Below, in pieces: positions 10,789 to 19,986 of a stretch of 32,074 nucleotides of DNA (positions are counted from its first letter, which is position 1; each line of letters begins with the position of its first letter). Position numbers and translations under genes: made by a program. Location of the stretch: contig CAXBPH010000053.1 in the NCBI GenBank assembly GCA_963977445.1, positions 1-32,074 of the forward strand. Direction: 5' to 3'. Source of the stretch: an uncultured bacterium. GTDB taxonomy: Bacteria > Hydrogenedentota > Hydrogenedentia > Hydrogenedentales > JAEUWI01. A model generated the notes under the pieces. That model was given only the letters and a program-made list of their open reading frames with translations, did not search any database and had not been told where the DNA came from.

Positions 10789-10948
10789 GAGTAAGCAATG
10801 TACCTTATCTTAGTCGCCGCAATCGCTTTACGCGTGCGGGACAATGCATCGGTGCAGACAGCTGGGCGTCACCTGCAAACGCAATGGTCTGGCGCGCTCG
10901 CGGCCTGTAGCTGCCCCTGATATGACCCCATACTCGAAGCCGATTGTG

Positions 10949-10977
10949 ATCATACCATAGGCGTCACGAGCATACAA
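10949..10977 (-). promoter_or_regulatory. Putative sigma70 promoter for ftsH-folP-glmM-pdxJ
   Basis: Minus strand TTGTAT-17 bp-TATGAT with an extended TGn -10. Confidence 0.5.
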
Positions 10978-11006
10978 TTTCACGGGGAGGCTCTAAAATG
11001 CGTGTT

Positions 11007-11036
11007 TTGCGTAGGGACCATGCCACGGGGTATGAT
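11007..11036 (+). promoter_or_regulatory. Putative sigma70 promoter for the MFS gene
   Basis: TTGCGT-18 bp-TATGAT, about 60 bp before the ATG. Confidence 0.4.
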
Positions 11037-11098
11037 CGCCCAACTCGGGGGTCTGTGAAATTCCCCGTTGTTTCCTGCCTGATCCACGCGAATGTACC

Positions 11099-12466
11099 AT
11101 GACCAAAACACGCTCTAATAACTCGTCTACTACTACGTCACCGGCCCGACCCGTATTACGGATCGTTTTCGTGACCTTATTTCTTGACCTCATCGGTTTT
11201 TCCATCATTTTTCCGCTTTTCCCGGCTATGTTGGAATACTACAGTGTCCACGAATCTTCGGGGGGGCTGTTTGCCGCGTTTTATGGGGCGTTGATCCATG
11301 TAACGCAGGCCATGGGTATTGAAGAGAATCACTGGGGCATCATCGTGCTCTTCGGGGGCGTCCTGGGCTCGCTCTATTCGCTCCTTCAGTTTCTGGGCAC
11401 GCCACTCTTCGGCGCCATATCGGACCGCGTCGGGCGTAAGCCGGTTTTGATCTTTTCGCTCTGCGGCATTCTCATATCGTATTTCATGTGGTTTTTTGCC
11501 GGGAATTTCGCACTTCTCGTAGTGGCGCGGCTGCTCGGCGGCATCATGAGTTCCAATATCAGCACGGCGACCGCCATTGTGGCCGATGTGACCCCAACCA
11601 ATGAACGATCCAAAGGAATGGCCATAGTGGGCATTGCCTTCGGCCTCGGTTTTATCTTGGGGCCGGCCTTGGGCGGTATAACGTCCCTCGTGGATCTCAC
11701 TACTCTTTATCCCGGTTTGGCGGCTTTTGGTGTCAACCCCTTTTCCATGCCGGCCGCCGTCGCCATCGTGCTGACCCTGTTTAATCTGGCCTATGTGTAT
11801 TTTAAATTGCCGGAAACGCGGACCTTCGACGGGGGAAACCAGACCCAGCGCACGATGAACCCCTTTTCCCTGCTGCGCACGGTGGACTATCCTGGCGTGA
11901 CCCGGACCAATATGACCTATTTCCTGTTTCTCCTGGCCTTTTCCGGCATGGAATTCTCCCTGACCTTTCTTGCCCATGAGCGGCTGGAATACGGTCCCGG
12001 GCAGAACGCGCTCATGTTTCTTTTCGTGGGATTCATCCTGGCGGGTATACAGGGGGGCTATGTGCGGAGGAAGTCTGAGACCATTGGGCCCCGTCGCATG
12101 ACCTTGCAGGGACTGATCATGGTCGTTCCCGCCCTCATGCTGGTCGGACTGGCGGGGTATTTTCGCAGCTCCATCGTACTTTACATGGGGCTATTCCTCC
12201 TGGCGGCAGGCTCCGCCCAGGCGACGCCCTGTCTGACCGCCCTCGTGAGTATGTATACGCCTGCGGAAGAGCAGGGTCGTGTCCTCGGTATATTCCGGTC
12301 TCTCGGTGCCCTGGCCCGTGCCCTGGGCCCCTTGGTTGCCGCTGCCCTTTACTGGTGGATCGGACCGACGATTACCTATCTGCTGGGAGGGCTCTTCATC
12401 CTGGTCCCCCTGACCATGGCCCTGCGTTTGCCGGCGACTGAAGCCCCCGAGACCGTCGAAGCGTGA
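11099..12466 (+). CDS. MFS transporter, TetA/DHA1-like family
   Basis: About 12 hydrophobic helices, FLDLIGFSIIFPLFP (motif D1), GAISDRVGRKPVL (motif A), GFILGPALGG (motif C). Confidence 0.9.
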   Translation: MTKTRSNNSSTTTSPARPVLRIVFVTLFLDLIGFSIIFPLFPAMLEYYSVHESSGGLFAAFYGALIHVTQAMGIEENHWGIIVLFGGVLGSLYSLLQFLGTPLFGAISDRVGRKPVLIFSLCGILISYFMWFFAGNFALLVVARLLGGIMSSNISTATAIVADVTPTNERSKGMAIVGIAFGLGFILGPALGGITSLVDLTTLYPGLAAFGVNPFSMPAAVAIVLTLFNLAYVYFKLPETRTFDGGNQTQRTMNPFSLLRTVDYPGVTRTNMTYFLFLLAFSGMEFSLTFLAHERLEYGPGQNALMFLFVGFILAGIQGGYVRRKSETIGPRRMTLQGLIMVVPALMLVGLAGYFRSSIVLYMGLFLLAAGSAQATPCLTALVSMYTPAEEQGRVLGIFRSLGALARALGPLVAAALYWWIGPTITYLLGGLFILVPLTMALRLPATEAPETVEA

Positions 12467-12506
12467 CGTTTACCGCGAAGTGAAGGCGATTTCCATGAGG
12501 CGGCCT

Positions 12507-12541
12507 CACGGGCAAGTCTTGCCGGCTTGACCGTGCCACCC
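12507..12541 (-). repeat. REP-like imperfect hairpin
   Basis: Minus strand GGGTGG-CACGGTCAAGCC-GGCAA-GACTTGCCCGTG: a GTGG tetramer followed by an imperfect stem. Confidence 0.45.
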
Positions 12542-12647
12542 AGACGAATCTTATCCTTCGTGGGTAGGTTGCGTCGAATCCATTGCCCCCGAATTTCTCA
12601 AGCCGTTTCCTTGTCGTGCGCATATTGATGGCAGAGCACAAATTATT

Positions 12648-12680
12648 AAAAAAACCCGCCGACCATGTCGGCGGGTTTTT
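12648..12680. terminator. Bidirectional rho-independent terminator between the convergent MFS and aminotransferase genes
   Basis: AAAAAAA-CCCGCCGAC-CAT-GTCGGCGGG-TTTTT: perfect GC stem with A/T tracts on both sides. Confidence 0.9.
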
Positions 12681-12697
12681 GATTGCGCTGTTGAGGT

Positions 12698-14020
12698 CTA
12701 TATGTCGCCGAGGGCGGAATAGGTTGGGGGTTTCTTGCCTTTGGCCGTGCGCAATTCGTCGATATTGTCGACTACTTTCTTCACGGCGGCGACAACATCA
12801 TCCATGTCCTTCTTGCTGTTCATCAGCAGCGTATGGTGTACGGTCAGACCGGATTTGCCATGGGCGTCCGTACAAACAGGGAGCTTATGGCGTTTGGGGG
12901 ACAGGGCCTTCCAGTATTCCTTGTTCAATTTGTGGCGCACTTTGGTCTGGGGCTTGTAGAGACCGCAGTTATTGAGGGGTTCATAGGGGGCCATGAAGCC
13001 GTTGCCCAGGCTCAGCTCGGCATTCAGCGCGGCACAGAGCTGGGTGTTGGATACCTTCAATTCCTTCGGATCAATGCGGAAGCTGAAATTGAAATAGCTC
13101 TGTTGGGTGACCTGGGGACGGCGCCGCATGGGCAGCACACCGGGGATTTCGGCGAGCAGACTATTCAGATAGATGGCGTTTTCGTCGCGCAATTTAACCT
13201 GGTCGTCCAGGCGACGGAGACCACCGAGCAAGAGGGCGGCCTGCAATTCGGTGACCCGATAGTTACCCGACTGGAGGGCCGTTGAGATGTCGACCGGTTT
13301 CTTCAGGCCGAAGACCACGGGGCTTGCCTCATAGGGACGGCCGCAATTGCGGAGACTGTAGAGCTTGTAGAACATCTCCTTGGTCTTGCACATATTAAAC
13401 CCGCCCTCACCGGAAGACATGATCTTGGACTCCTGAAAGCTGAAGGAGGCGGCGTCACCGAAGGAGCCTACGCCTTTCCCTTTCCAGAAGGTACCGTGCT
13501 GGTGGGCGCAATCTTCGATGAGGTGGATGTTGTGTCTCTTGCAGAGGCTCACGAGTTTGGTGATATCGGTTACGCAGCCATAGAGATGGACCACAATAAC
13601 GGCGCGGGTTTTCTTTGTGATGAGGGATTCGACATGGTCGAGATCGAGGTTCCAGGTGTCGGGCTCCACGTCGGCGAGCACGGGAATGGCGTTTACGTCG
13701 GCACACGCGGCGGCGGTAGCCTGCCAGGTCATACCGGGGACAATCACCTCGTCGTAAGCGCCGATCTCCAGGGCTTCGAGGGCCAATTGGATGCCGACCG
13801 TGCCATTGGAGCAGCAGAGTCCATATTTACCTTTTTGATAGGCCGTAAACTTTTGCGCGAAATCCCATTCGTGGGGACCGTCATAGGACCAGCGGTTGCT
13901 CTTGGTTATTTCAGCAATGAGTTTCGCGTCGGCCCCGTCGCTTACGGGCCAGGTCGCCCAATCCTTGGCTTTGGACTTGGCGCGGATTGCCCGGCCACCG
14001 TTAATTGCGAGATTTGCCAT
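12698..14020 (-). CDS. DegT/DnrJ/EryC1/StrS-family PLP aminotransferase (resembles the scyllo-inosose aminotransferase/AHBA-synthase subgroup)
   Basis: MANLAINGG..WATWP start, CSNGT, DEVIVPGMTWQAT, IEDCAHQHG, SFSFQESKIMSSGEGG (PLP Lys), GNYRVTELQAALL. Start moved to ATG 14020. Confidence 0.9.
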   Translation of the reverse strand: MANLAINGGRAIRAKSKAKDWATWPVSDGADAKLIAEITKSNRWSYDGPHEWDFAQKFTAYQKGKYGLCCSNGTVGIQLALEALEIGAYDEVIVPGMTWQATAAACADVNAIPVLADVEPDTWNLDLDHVESLITKKTRAVIVVHLYGCVTDITKLVSLCKRHNIHLIEDCAHQHGTFWKGKGVGSFGDAASFSFQESKIMSSGEGGFNMCKTKEMFYKLYSLRNCGRPYEASPVVFGLKKPVDISTALQSGNYRVTELQAALLLGGLRRLDDQVKLRDENAIYLNSLLAEIPGVLPMRRRPQVTQQSYFNFSFRIDPKELKVSNTQLCAALNAELSLGNGFMAPYEPLNNCGLYKPQTKVRHKLNKEYWKALSPKRHKLPVCTDAHGKSGLTVHHTLLMNSKKDMDDVVAAVKKVVDNIDELRTAKGKKPPTYSALGDI

Positions 14021-14072
14021 GGTGTTTCTCTTCCCGGCGCATTGCGCGCCCTCGTTGTACTTCAATAAAAAA

Positions 14073-14118
14073 TGAAAACGTTCTCGAAATCATACGTTGA
14101 CTACAGGGAGTGCTTCAA
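14073..14118 (-). promoter_or_regulatory. Putative sigma70 promoter with a LacI-family-like operator upstream of the aminotransferase
   Basis: Minus strand TTGAAG-18 bp-TATGAT (14118..14089). Immediately downstream lies TGAAAACGTTCTCG (14073-14086 on +). Confidence 0.45.
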
Positions 14119-14909
14119 TGTTTCCCGTCGGTCTGGGGCGGTGCCCAGGGTGTAAAGGGACCCGCCACGGCCGCATGGAGGTCGGCCGCCAGGGCTTTTC
14201 GGTTGGTTCCTGCGATAGCTTCGGGTCCGAATTGAAGGGTGGCATCGAAGCCCGGATGTCGGAGCAGTCGGCGCACGTGGGCGAAGAAGGGCTCTGGTCG
14301 CCACCAGCCAATAATGCGTGATGCTGGAGGTGAGGTTGGCGGTGTTGTGTAGTTAATGGTCACGTAGTGAATGGCAACACCGTTGTCGATGGCGGGTTGG
14401 ATCAAGGCCGATTTAAAGGGCTCAACCGCGAGGCCGCAGGAGATGCGGCTCTCGGCGAAGACCACCAAGCCGTCGCCTTGCGCCAGGGTGTGAGCGATCC
14501 TTTCGTTGACCCGCACGGCGTCCTCCCGCTTTTCTCTATCAATGAAAAGTACGTGAAGGGAGCGGGTGATCCAGCCGACGATGGGCCAGTGTTGCAGGTC
14601 GCCTCTCGCCACAAAGGTGGAGCCAAGCACGGATGACAGGAGAAAAATATCGAGGTAACTCAGGTGATTGGCAACAAGGTAGTAGGGCGGCTGGGGCAGG
14701 GGGCCCTTGATGGTGACACGCATGCCAATGATTCGCTGAAAGCCCCACCCCCAGACTTTGAGAATCCATCGACGCCGTCGCCGGTCACCTGCTTCCGAAA
14801 AGTGCGTGAGGGGCCAGAAGGCCAGTCGTATGCCCCAGGTGAGGGCGGTCCACAGGAGCAAGAGGGGAAAGCGTATGCTGCTCTGCAGGGTTTCCCGGAA
14901 TGACGTCAT
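14115..14909 (-). CDS. Lysophospholipid / 1-acyl-glycerol-3-phosphate acyltransferase family (PlsC/OlsA-like)
   Basis: N-terminal TM, ANHLSYLD (HX4D), LFIDRE, VFAESR (variant of FPEG), PFKSAL. Confidence 0.88.
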   Translation of the reverse strand: MTSFRETLQSSIRFPLLLLWTALTWGIRLAFWPLTHFSEAGDRRRRRWILKVWGWGFQRIIGMRVTIKGPLPQPPYYLVANHLSYLDIFLLSSVLGSTFVARGDLQHWPIVGWITRSLHVLFIDREKREDAVRVNERIAHTLAQGDGLVVFAESRISCGLAVEPFKSALIQPAIDNGVAIHYVTINYTTPPTSPPASRIIGWWRPEPFFAHVRRLLRHPGFDATLQFGPEAIAGTNRKALAADLHAAVAGPFTPWAPPQTDGKH

Positions 14910-15015
14910 AGATTTCCTGTCTCTACTAAATGATTGGGCGGGATCGGCGGTCGCGGATCCTGTGCCGTGGACGTCTATAATTGTATCTCATTCGTCGTTG
15001 CGTGGGCATCTCTGC

Positions 15016-15045
15016 TTGCCTCATGCCTTTCCGGCTCGCTATCAT
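15016..15045 (+). promoter_or_regulatory. Putative sigma70 promoter for the MBL hydrolase
   Basis: TTGCCT-18 bp-TATCAT, followed by an AAGGAG SD and ATG 15079. Confidence 0.4.
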
Positions 15046-15078
15046 GGGGTTGACCACGACCCAAAGGAGTATTGTTGC

Positions 15079-16029
15079 ATGTCCGCGTCCCACCCCTCGG
15101 TTACGCTTATTGATTGCCAGTACACGGCACCAGAAAAAGCGGCGGTGTATATGATTGTGGAGGGCGAGCGCGTCGCCTTCGTGGACAATAACACCAACCA
15201 GGCGATCCCGCTTTTTCTCGCGGCCTTAGAGGAAAAGGGGCTGACGCCTGCCCAGGTCGACTACTTGATCGTAACGCACATTCACCTTGATCACGCGGGT
15301 GGTACTGCGGCCCTCCTCAAGCTTTGCCCCAACGCGACGGTGTTGGCCCACCCCAAGGCGGCTCGCCATCTGATTGATCCCTCCCGCCTCGTGGCCGGTG
15401 CGAAGATGGTTTATGGTGACGAAGAGTTTGATACACTGTATGGTCGCATCGACGGGGTTCCCGAGGGGCGGATTCGGGTGATGCAGGATGAGGAATCCCT
15501 GACATGGGGAACCCGTACCTTTCGCTTTTTCTTTACTCGGGGCCATGCGAGTCACCATTTTTGCATTCATGATACGGGTAGCGATGGCGTTTTCGCCGGT
15601 GATGCCTTTGGTCTGGCGCGGATGTCAACCGCCCGGCCGGGAATTTCCTTCACCTTGTGCAGCTCATCGCCTCCCGAGTTTGAACCGGATGAAGCTCGCA
15701 TCAGTGTGCAGAAAATTTTGGACACCGGGGCGTCTCGGGCCTTTATTACCCATTTTGGCCAATTTGATGACTTGGAAGTTCGCGCGCGACATCTGCTCCA
15801 TTCCATTGACCAACTGGAGACCATTGGGCGTGCGGCGGCGGCGTCCCATTTCAATGGGGATACCCTGTTCGAATTCTGCAATGACGAAGTGCGTAAGGCC
15901 ACCATCGCGCATTTGGCGTGGTGCGACGTTGAGAATCCGGAGGTCGACATGGCCTGGCTGGATGGCGATTTGTTTCTCAATGCTCTGGGGCTTCGATTCT
16001 ACGCGGAGCGGCTGCGCTTCGAGGAATGA
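15079..16029 (+). CDS. MBL-fold metallo-hydrolase
   Basis: THIHLDHAGG (HxHxDH), GHASHH, FAGDAFG, ITHFG. Start moved to ATG 15079 after AAGGAG. Confidence 0.9.
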   Translation: MSASHPSVTLIDCQYTAPEKAAVYMIVEGERVAFVDNNTNQAIPLFLAALEEKGLTPAQVDYLIVTHIHLDHAGGTAALLKLCPNATVLAHPKAARHLIDPSRLVAGAKMVYGDEEFDTLYGRIDGVPEGRIRVMQDEESLTWGTRTFRFFFTRGHASHHFCIHDTGSDGVFAGDAFGLARMSTARPGISFTLCSSSPPEFEPDEARISVQKILDTGASRAFITHFGQFDDLEVRARHLLHSIDQLETIGRAAAASHFNGDTLFEFCNDEVRKATIAHLAWCDVENPEVDMAWLDGDLFLNALGLRFYAERLRFEE

Positions 16030-16175
16030 GTTTCGGGTGCCCGTTGTGTCGGGCAACTCACGACGCGTCGTGGCAGGAATGCCCAGGCCTTTTTGATGGT
16101 ATTTGTGGGGTATTTTTTGGCATTCGGGTGGGGTAAAGTACATTGGATTCGGTGTGCATATTGAGTGCGCCTTGT

Positions 16176-16199
16176 GTCGGGCAAGAATGCCCAACCTCC
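16176..16199 (-). repeat. REP-like imperfect hairpin
   Basis: Minus strand GGAG-GTTGGGCA-TTCT-TGCCCGAC. A degenerate partial copy lies at about 16044-16085. Confidence 0.45.
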
Positions 16200-16207
16200 T
16201 ATTAATA

Positions 16208-16237
16208 TGGCCCCCAACGCCGCTGCGTTGGGGGCCA
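16208..16237. terminator. Strong hairpin / probable terminator between the convergent MBL and glgP genes
   Basis: TGGCCCCCAACGC-CGCT-GCGTTGGGGGCCA: 13-bp perfect stem with AT-rich flanks. Confidence 0.7.
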
Positions 16238-16263
16238 ATTTACTTTGGGGGTATGGGCTTGGA

Positions 16264-18822
16264 TCAGGCCCAGGTAATCAGCGCGGTCTCGTGTTTCTGG
16301 GCGAGATCGGTGTGACAGGGAATGACCCGTACCATGTAGCCCTGCTGGCCCGTCCGGTCGCATCGAATGGCACCGCTGAAGTGATAAACACCATCGGTTG
16401 GATCGCCTTCGGCTATCATTTCTGCGACACTGCTTCCGACAATCTGGTCTTCGGTGTCGAGGGCACCAAAATAGACTTCGACGGTGACATCCTTTGGGGT
16501 CAGTGACCCGAGGAAGACGTCTGCCGTGACGGGAAGACGAGCACCGACGGGTAAGCTGTCTTCTGTGTTCGCGGTGACCGTGCGGACGTTAACTTTATGC
16601 CACTCACCCTGGATGGTTTGTTTCCAATCGGACAGGGCGATGGCCCGCTTGTGTTTGTCGGCCTTCAGCGCTTTTCTGCGCAGCGAGGAGGGGATGTAGC
16701 AGCGGTCCGTGTATTCCTGCACCATGCGATAGGTATTGAAAACGGGTCCGATGGTTCGAATCGCCGATTTCATGCGATGGATCCAGTTTCGGGGAAGGTC
16801 GTCGTTACCGCGATCATAGTAGGTGGGCACGATCTCTTTTTCGAAGAGCTCGTAGAGGGCCTCACTTTCAACCCGATCCTGTTCCTCCAGGTCGTCATAA
16901 TGTTCGCCCCGGCCGATGCTCCAGCCATTCGGTCCAAGATGCTCGGCCTCACACCACCATCCGTCAGGGATGCTGATATTAAGGCCACCGTTGGCCGATG
17001 ACTTCATACCGCTCGTGCCGCTGGCCTCCATGGGACGACGGGGGGTGTTCAGCCAGCAATCGACGCCCTGGACCATGTAGCGCGCCACGTTGATGTCGTA
17101 GTCTTCCAGAAATACGAAGTGGCGACGCACTTCGGGTTCCTGGGCGAAATGTTTCAGGGCACGGATGAGTTGCTTGCCTGCCGCATCCTGTGGGTGGGCT
17201 TTACCGGCGATAATAAACTGCACGGGAAAGGCCTGGCTTGTCAGAATGCGTGCGAGCCGTTCGGGATCACGCAGAATAAGGGTGGCCCGTTTGTAGGTGG
17301 CGAAGCGGCGGGCAAACCCGATGGTAAGGGCATCGGGGTTGAGCACTTCCCGGCAGATTTTGATTTCTGTATCGGGCGCGCCGCGTTTCTCATATTGCTG
17401 CACCAGACGGTGACGGGCAAAGTTGACCAGACGCTCGCGACGACGTTCGTGGGTACGCCATAATTCCGTGTCGGGCACCTCATCAATGCGTTGCCAGATG
17501 CTGTGATCGTCGGGGCTGTTGACCCAGCCGGGTCCGAGGTAGCGGTCATAAAGGTCGGAAAGATCGCGGGAAATGAAGCTCCGGGTGTGTACACCGTTGG
17601 TAATGGAGGTGATGGGCACCTCATCTTCCGGGATACCCTTCCAGGTGAGGGACCACATGTTTCTGGCCACTTCACCGTGGAGTTTGCTCACGCCATTGGC
17701 ACCCGAGGAAAGGCGCAGTGCCAACACCGTCATGCAGAAGGGCTCGTGGGTATCGCTTGGGTTTTGTCGACCCAGCTGGAGAAAACGCTCGAAAGAGATA
17801 CCGACGTCATTGCAGTAGCCCCGGAAATAACGCTCCACGAGGCTGGGTTCAAACATGTCGTTGCCTGCAGGCACCGGCGTGTGGGTGGTAAAAACACTAC
17901 CGGCTTTGACCGTCTCTGCCGCCTGCTCGAAAGTCATGCCTTCTTCTTCCTTCAGTTCACGGATGCGCTGAAGGGTCATGAAGGCGGCGTGTCCTTCGTT
18001 CATATGGTAGGTGGTCGGGTGGATGCCGAGGGCATGCATGGCCAGCACACCGCCCATGCCAAGGAGAATTTCCTGACGGACCCGGGTCTCGTGATCGCCA
18101 CCATACAACTGGGCTGTGATGGCACGGGCTGCGGGGCTGTTGGAATCATGGTCACAATCGAGCAGGTAAAGGGGGACCCGACCTACCTGACAGCGCCACA
18201 CGTTGACCGTAACGGGACCCTCCGGGTAATTCACGCTAATCGTGAGGGGGTTGCCGGCTTTGTCCCGCTCCTGGGTGATGGGCATGTTGTAGAAGTCGTT
18301 GTGGGGGTAGGTTTCCTGCTGCCAACCGTCGGTACTCAGGTATTGGCTGAAGTATCCGCCCCGGTAGAGGAGACCAATGCCCACAAGGGGCAGCCCCAGA
18401 TCACTGGAGGCTTTGAGGTGGTCACCCGCGAGGATGCCCAGGCCGCCGGAATAAATACGAAGGGATTCATGGAGACCGAATTCGGCGGACATATAGGCGA
18501 CTTGAAAGCCTTCCGGCGCCTCGGTATTCTTGTCCTTCCAGTTGTTGGTGGTCAGGTATTCTTCCAGCTTTTCTGCGACCCGATCCTGATGGGCAAGAAA
18601 ACTGTCATCCTGCGCGAGTTCTTCCAGACGTAACTGGCTGACTTGGCCCAATAGCTTGCACGGGTTCTGGTTGACCGTATTCCAGAGGTCCCGGTCGATG
18701 CGGTGAAAGAGGTCGATGGCGTCGTGGTTCCAACACCACCACAGATTGTGAGAAATATCGAGTAAGACTTCGAGGCGTTCAGGAAGTCGGGGGACAACGG
18801 TATATTTGGATACAGTGGCCAT
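16264..18822 (-). CDS. glgP: Alpha-glucan (glycogen/maltodextrin) phosphorylase with DUF3417-type N-terminus
   Basis: SHNLWWCWN, YSGGLGILAGDHLK, HMNEGH, VFTTHTPVPAG, FARRFATYKRA, EASGTSGMK (PLP Lys). Start moved to ATG 18822 (MATVSKYTVVPRLP). Confidence 0.95.
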   Translation of the reverse strand: MATVSKYTVVPRLPERLEVLLDISHNLWWCWNHDAIDLFHRIDRDLWNTVNQNPCKLLGQVSQLRLEELAQDDSFLAHQDRVAEKLEEYLTTNNWKDKNTEAPEGFQVAYMSAEFGLHESLRIYSGGLGILAGDHLKASSDLGLPLVGIGLLYRGGYFSQYLSTDGWQQETYPHNDFYNMPITQERDKAGNPLTISVNYPEGPVTVNVWRCQVGRVPLYLLDCDHDSNSPAARAITAQLYGGDHETRVRQEILLGMGGVLAMHALGIHPTTYHMNEGHAAFMTLQRIRELKEEEGMTFEQAAETVKAGSVFTTHTPVPAGNDMFEPSLVERYFRGYCNDVGISFERFLQLGRQNPSDTHEPFCMTVLALRLSSGANGVSKLHGEVARNMWSLTWKGIPEDEVPITSITNGVHTRSFISRDLSDLYDRYLGPGWVNSPDDHSIWQRIDEVPDTELWRTHERRRERLVNFARHRLVQQYEKRGAPDTEIKICREVLNPDALTIGFARRFATYKRATLILRDPERLARILTSQAFPVQFIIAGKAHPQDAAGKQLIRALKHFAQEPEVRRHFVFLEDYDINVARYMVQGVDCWLNTPRRPMEASGTSGMKSSANGGLNISIPDGWWCEAEHLGPNGWSIGRGEHYDDLEEQDRVESEALYELFEKEIVPTYYDRGNDDLPRNWIHRMKSAIRTIGPVFNTYRMVQEYTDRCYIPSSLRRKALKADKHKRAIALSDWKQTIQGEWHKVNVRTVTANTEDSLPVGARLPVTADVFLGSLTPKDVTVEVYFGALDTEDQIVGSSVAEMIAEGDPTDGVYHFSGAIRCDRTGQQGYMVRVIPCHTDLAQKHETALITWA

Positions 18823-19210
18823 GGGGTCATATCCTTTCCAGATACAGCCTGCCCCGCTCGGGGTCAAGCTCCAGTACGCTTCTCGCGCAGCACGTTCCTT
18901 GTTATAGGGAGCCATTGCTTTGGCATGCTGCCCCGGAAAATCGTCTCTCAGCCGTCTTGGTGAAATGACCCGGTTTGCATGTAGCAACGTATGTGATAGC
19001 CGCAAGTTCCGCGTCCGGTTTGGGCGCGGAATGTCGTGGTTTGTAGTGACGCTCAACTGTCCGGGCGAACGTTCGTCCGGTGTCCACGTTTCGGCCCGCT
19101 TCCCCGATCGTCCGTGGGCGAATGTGCGGGCTAAGCATAGCATCTATGCGTTTTCCAGGCAACTTGGAGGACGCAGTCTGCCCACGGACCGAGCCATGGA
19201 GCGGCCGCTC

Positions 19211-19951
19211 TCAGACCCCGGGTTCGGGTGTTTTTACCGTTTCCTTGTCGTGGCGATAGTAGCAGCACGATACCAGTAGGGCGAGGAAGGATGCGTCGAT
19301 AATTTCAACCACCAGGCGACCAGGGCTATGGGGTGGGAAGAGAAGTGCAAGGAGGCCCAGAGCAAGAAGAAAGACGCCTGCGAGCCACCCATAAACGGGC
19401 CACGGCGTCTGCACGGGCGTGCAAGTTGGTTGAGTGGGCAGGCGGTGAATCCACCCGAGGATAATAAGGAAGCCGATGAGGGTACTCCCGTGTTGCAGTA
19501 GTTTATACCGGGGCAAGCCCAGTGTCTCCGACTGGAGGAAGGGGACGTGGGAGACGACAAGACCGGTGCCATGGGTGAAGCTATCCCAGATGATATGGGT
19601 CAGCGCGCCCAGTATGACGGCAAGTATCAGCGCACCAACATGCCGTAAACCCTTGGGGTTTTGTTCCGTGGGTTGAATGGGCCACCGCCGTTGGACATAG
19701 GCGGGTAAGCAATCGGGGAGGGCTGGGGAGATGATGAACGTATAGAGACACCAGAGTGCGAGGCCGGCCGGGATACAAAAAAACACGATGCCCGGCAGGG
19801 AGTGGGCAAAATGTCCTGTCGGTTGGAGGCGAAGGAAATACTCCACGTCGGGGCTCATGCTTCCGATAACTAAGGCGGGAAAGGGCAGGCCACGACGGTT
19901 CCATCTATACCCCGCCACGACGGCGGCGGGGTGGGCAAAGGTCAATGGCAT
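19211..19951 (-). CDS. DUF4184-family membrane protein
   Basis: MPLTFAHPAAV, ALVIGSMSPDVEYFL, THIIWDSFTH, LLQHGSTLIG. GGAG SD upstream. Confidence 0.85.
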   Translation of the reverse strand: MPLTFAHPAAVVAGYRWNRRGLPFPALVIGSMSPDVEYFLRLQPTGHFAHSLPGIVFFCIPAGLALWCLYTFIISPALPDCLPAYVQRRWPIQPTEQNPKGLRHVGALILAVILGALTHIIWDSFTHGTGLVVSHVPFLQSETLGLPRYKLLQHGSTLIGFLIILGWIHRLPTQPTCTPVQTPWPVYGWLAGVFLLALGLLALLFPPHSPGRLVVEIIDASFLALLVSCCYYRHDKETVKTPEPGV

Positions 19952-19986
19952 GAGATCTCCCCAAACTGTCGCGCCCGGAAATTATT

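Noticed and set aside
9451..10794. 447-aa plus-strand ORF, and similar ones at 6610-7545, 17491-18633, 21163-22674, 24925-25938 and 29703-30659
   Set aside because: Antisense shadows of well-supported genes (ftsH, glmM, glgP, ftsA/hypothetical, purA, ABC binding protein).
11099..16029. MFS exporter + aminotransferase + acyltransferase + MBL hydrolase as an antibiotic biosynthesis or resistance cluster
   Set aside because: Orientations are mixed, there are separate predicted promoters and a terminator between genes, and no scaffold enzyme is present. The MBL looks like a generic hydrolase, not a beta-lactamase.
18823..19143. N-terminal extensions in the ORF track for glgP (likewise pdxJ, MBL, purA, aminotransferase and the coiled-coil gene)
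   Set aside because: Family-like sequence and/or SD sites begin at downstream ATGs, and some extensions overlap predicted promoters.
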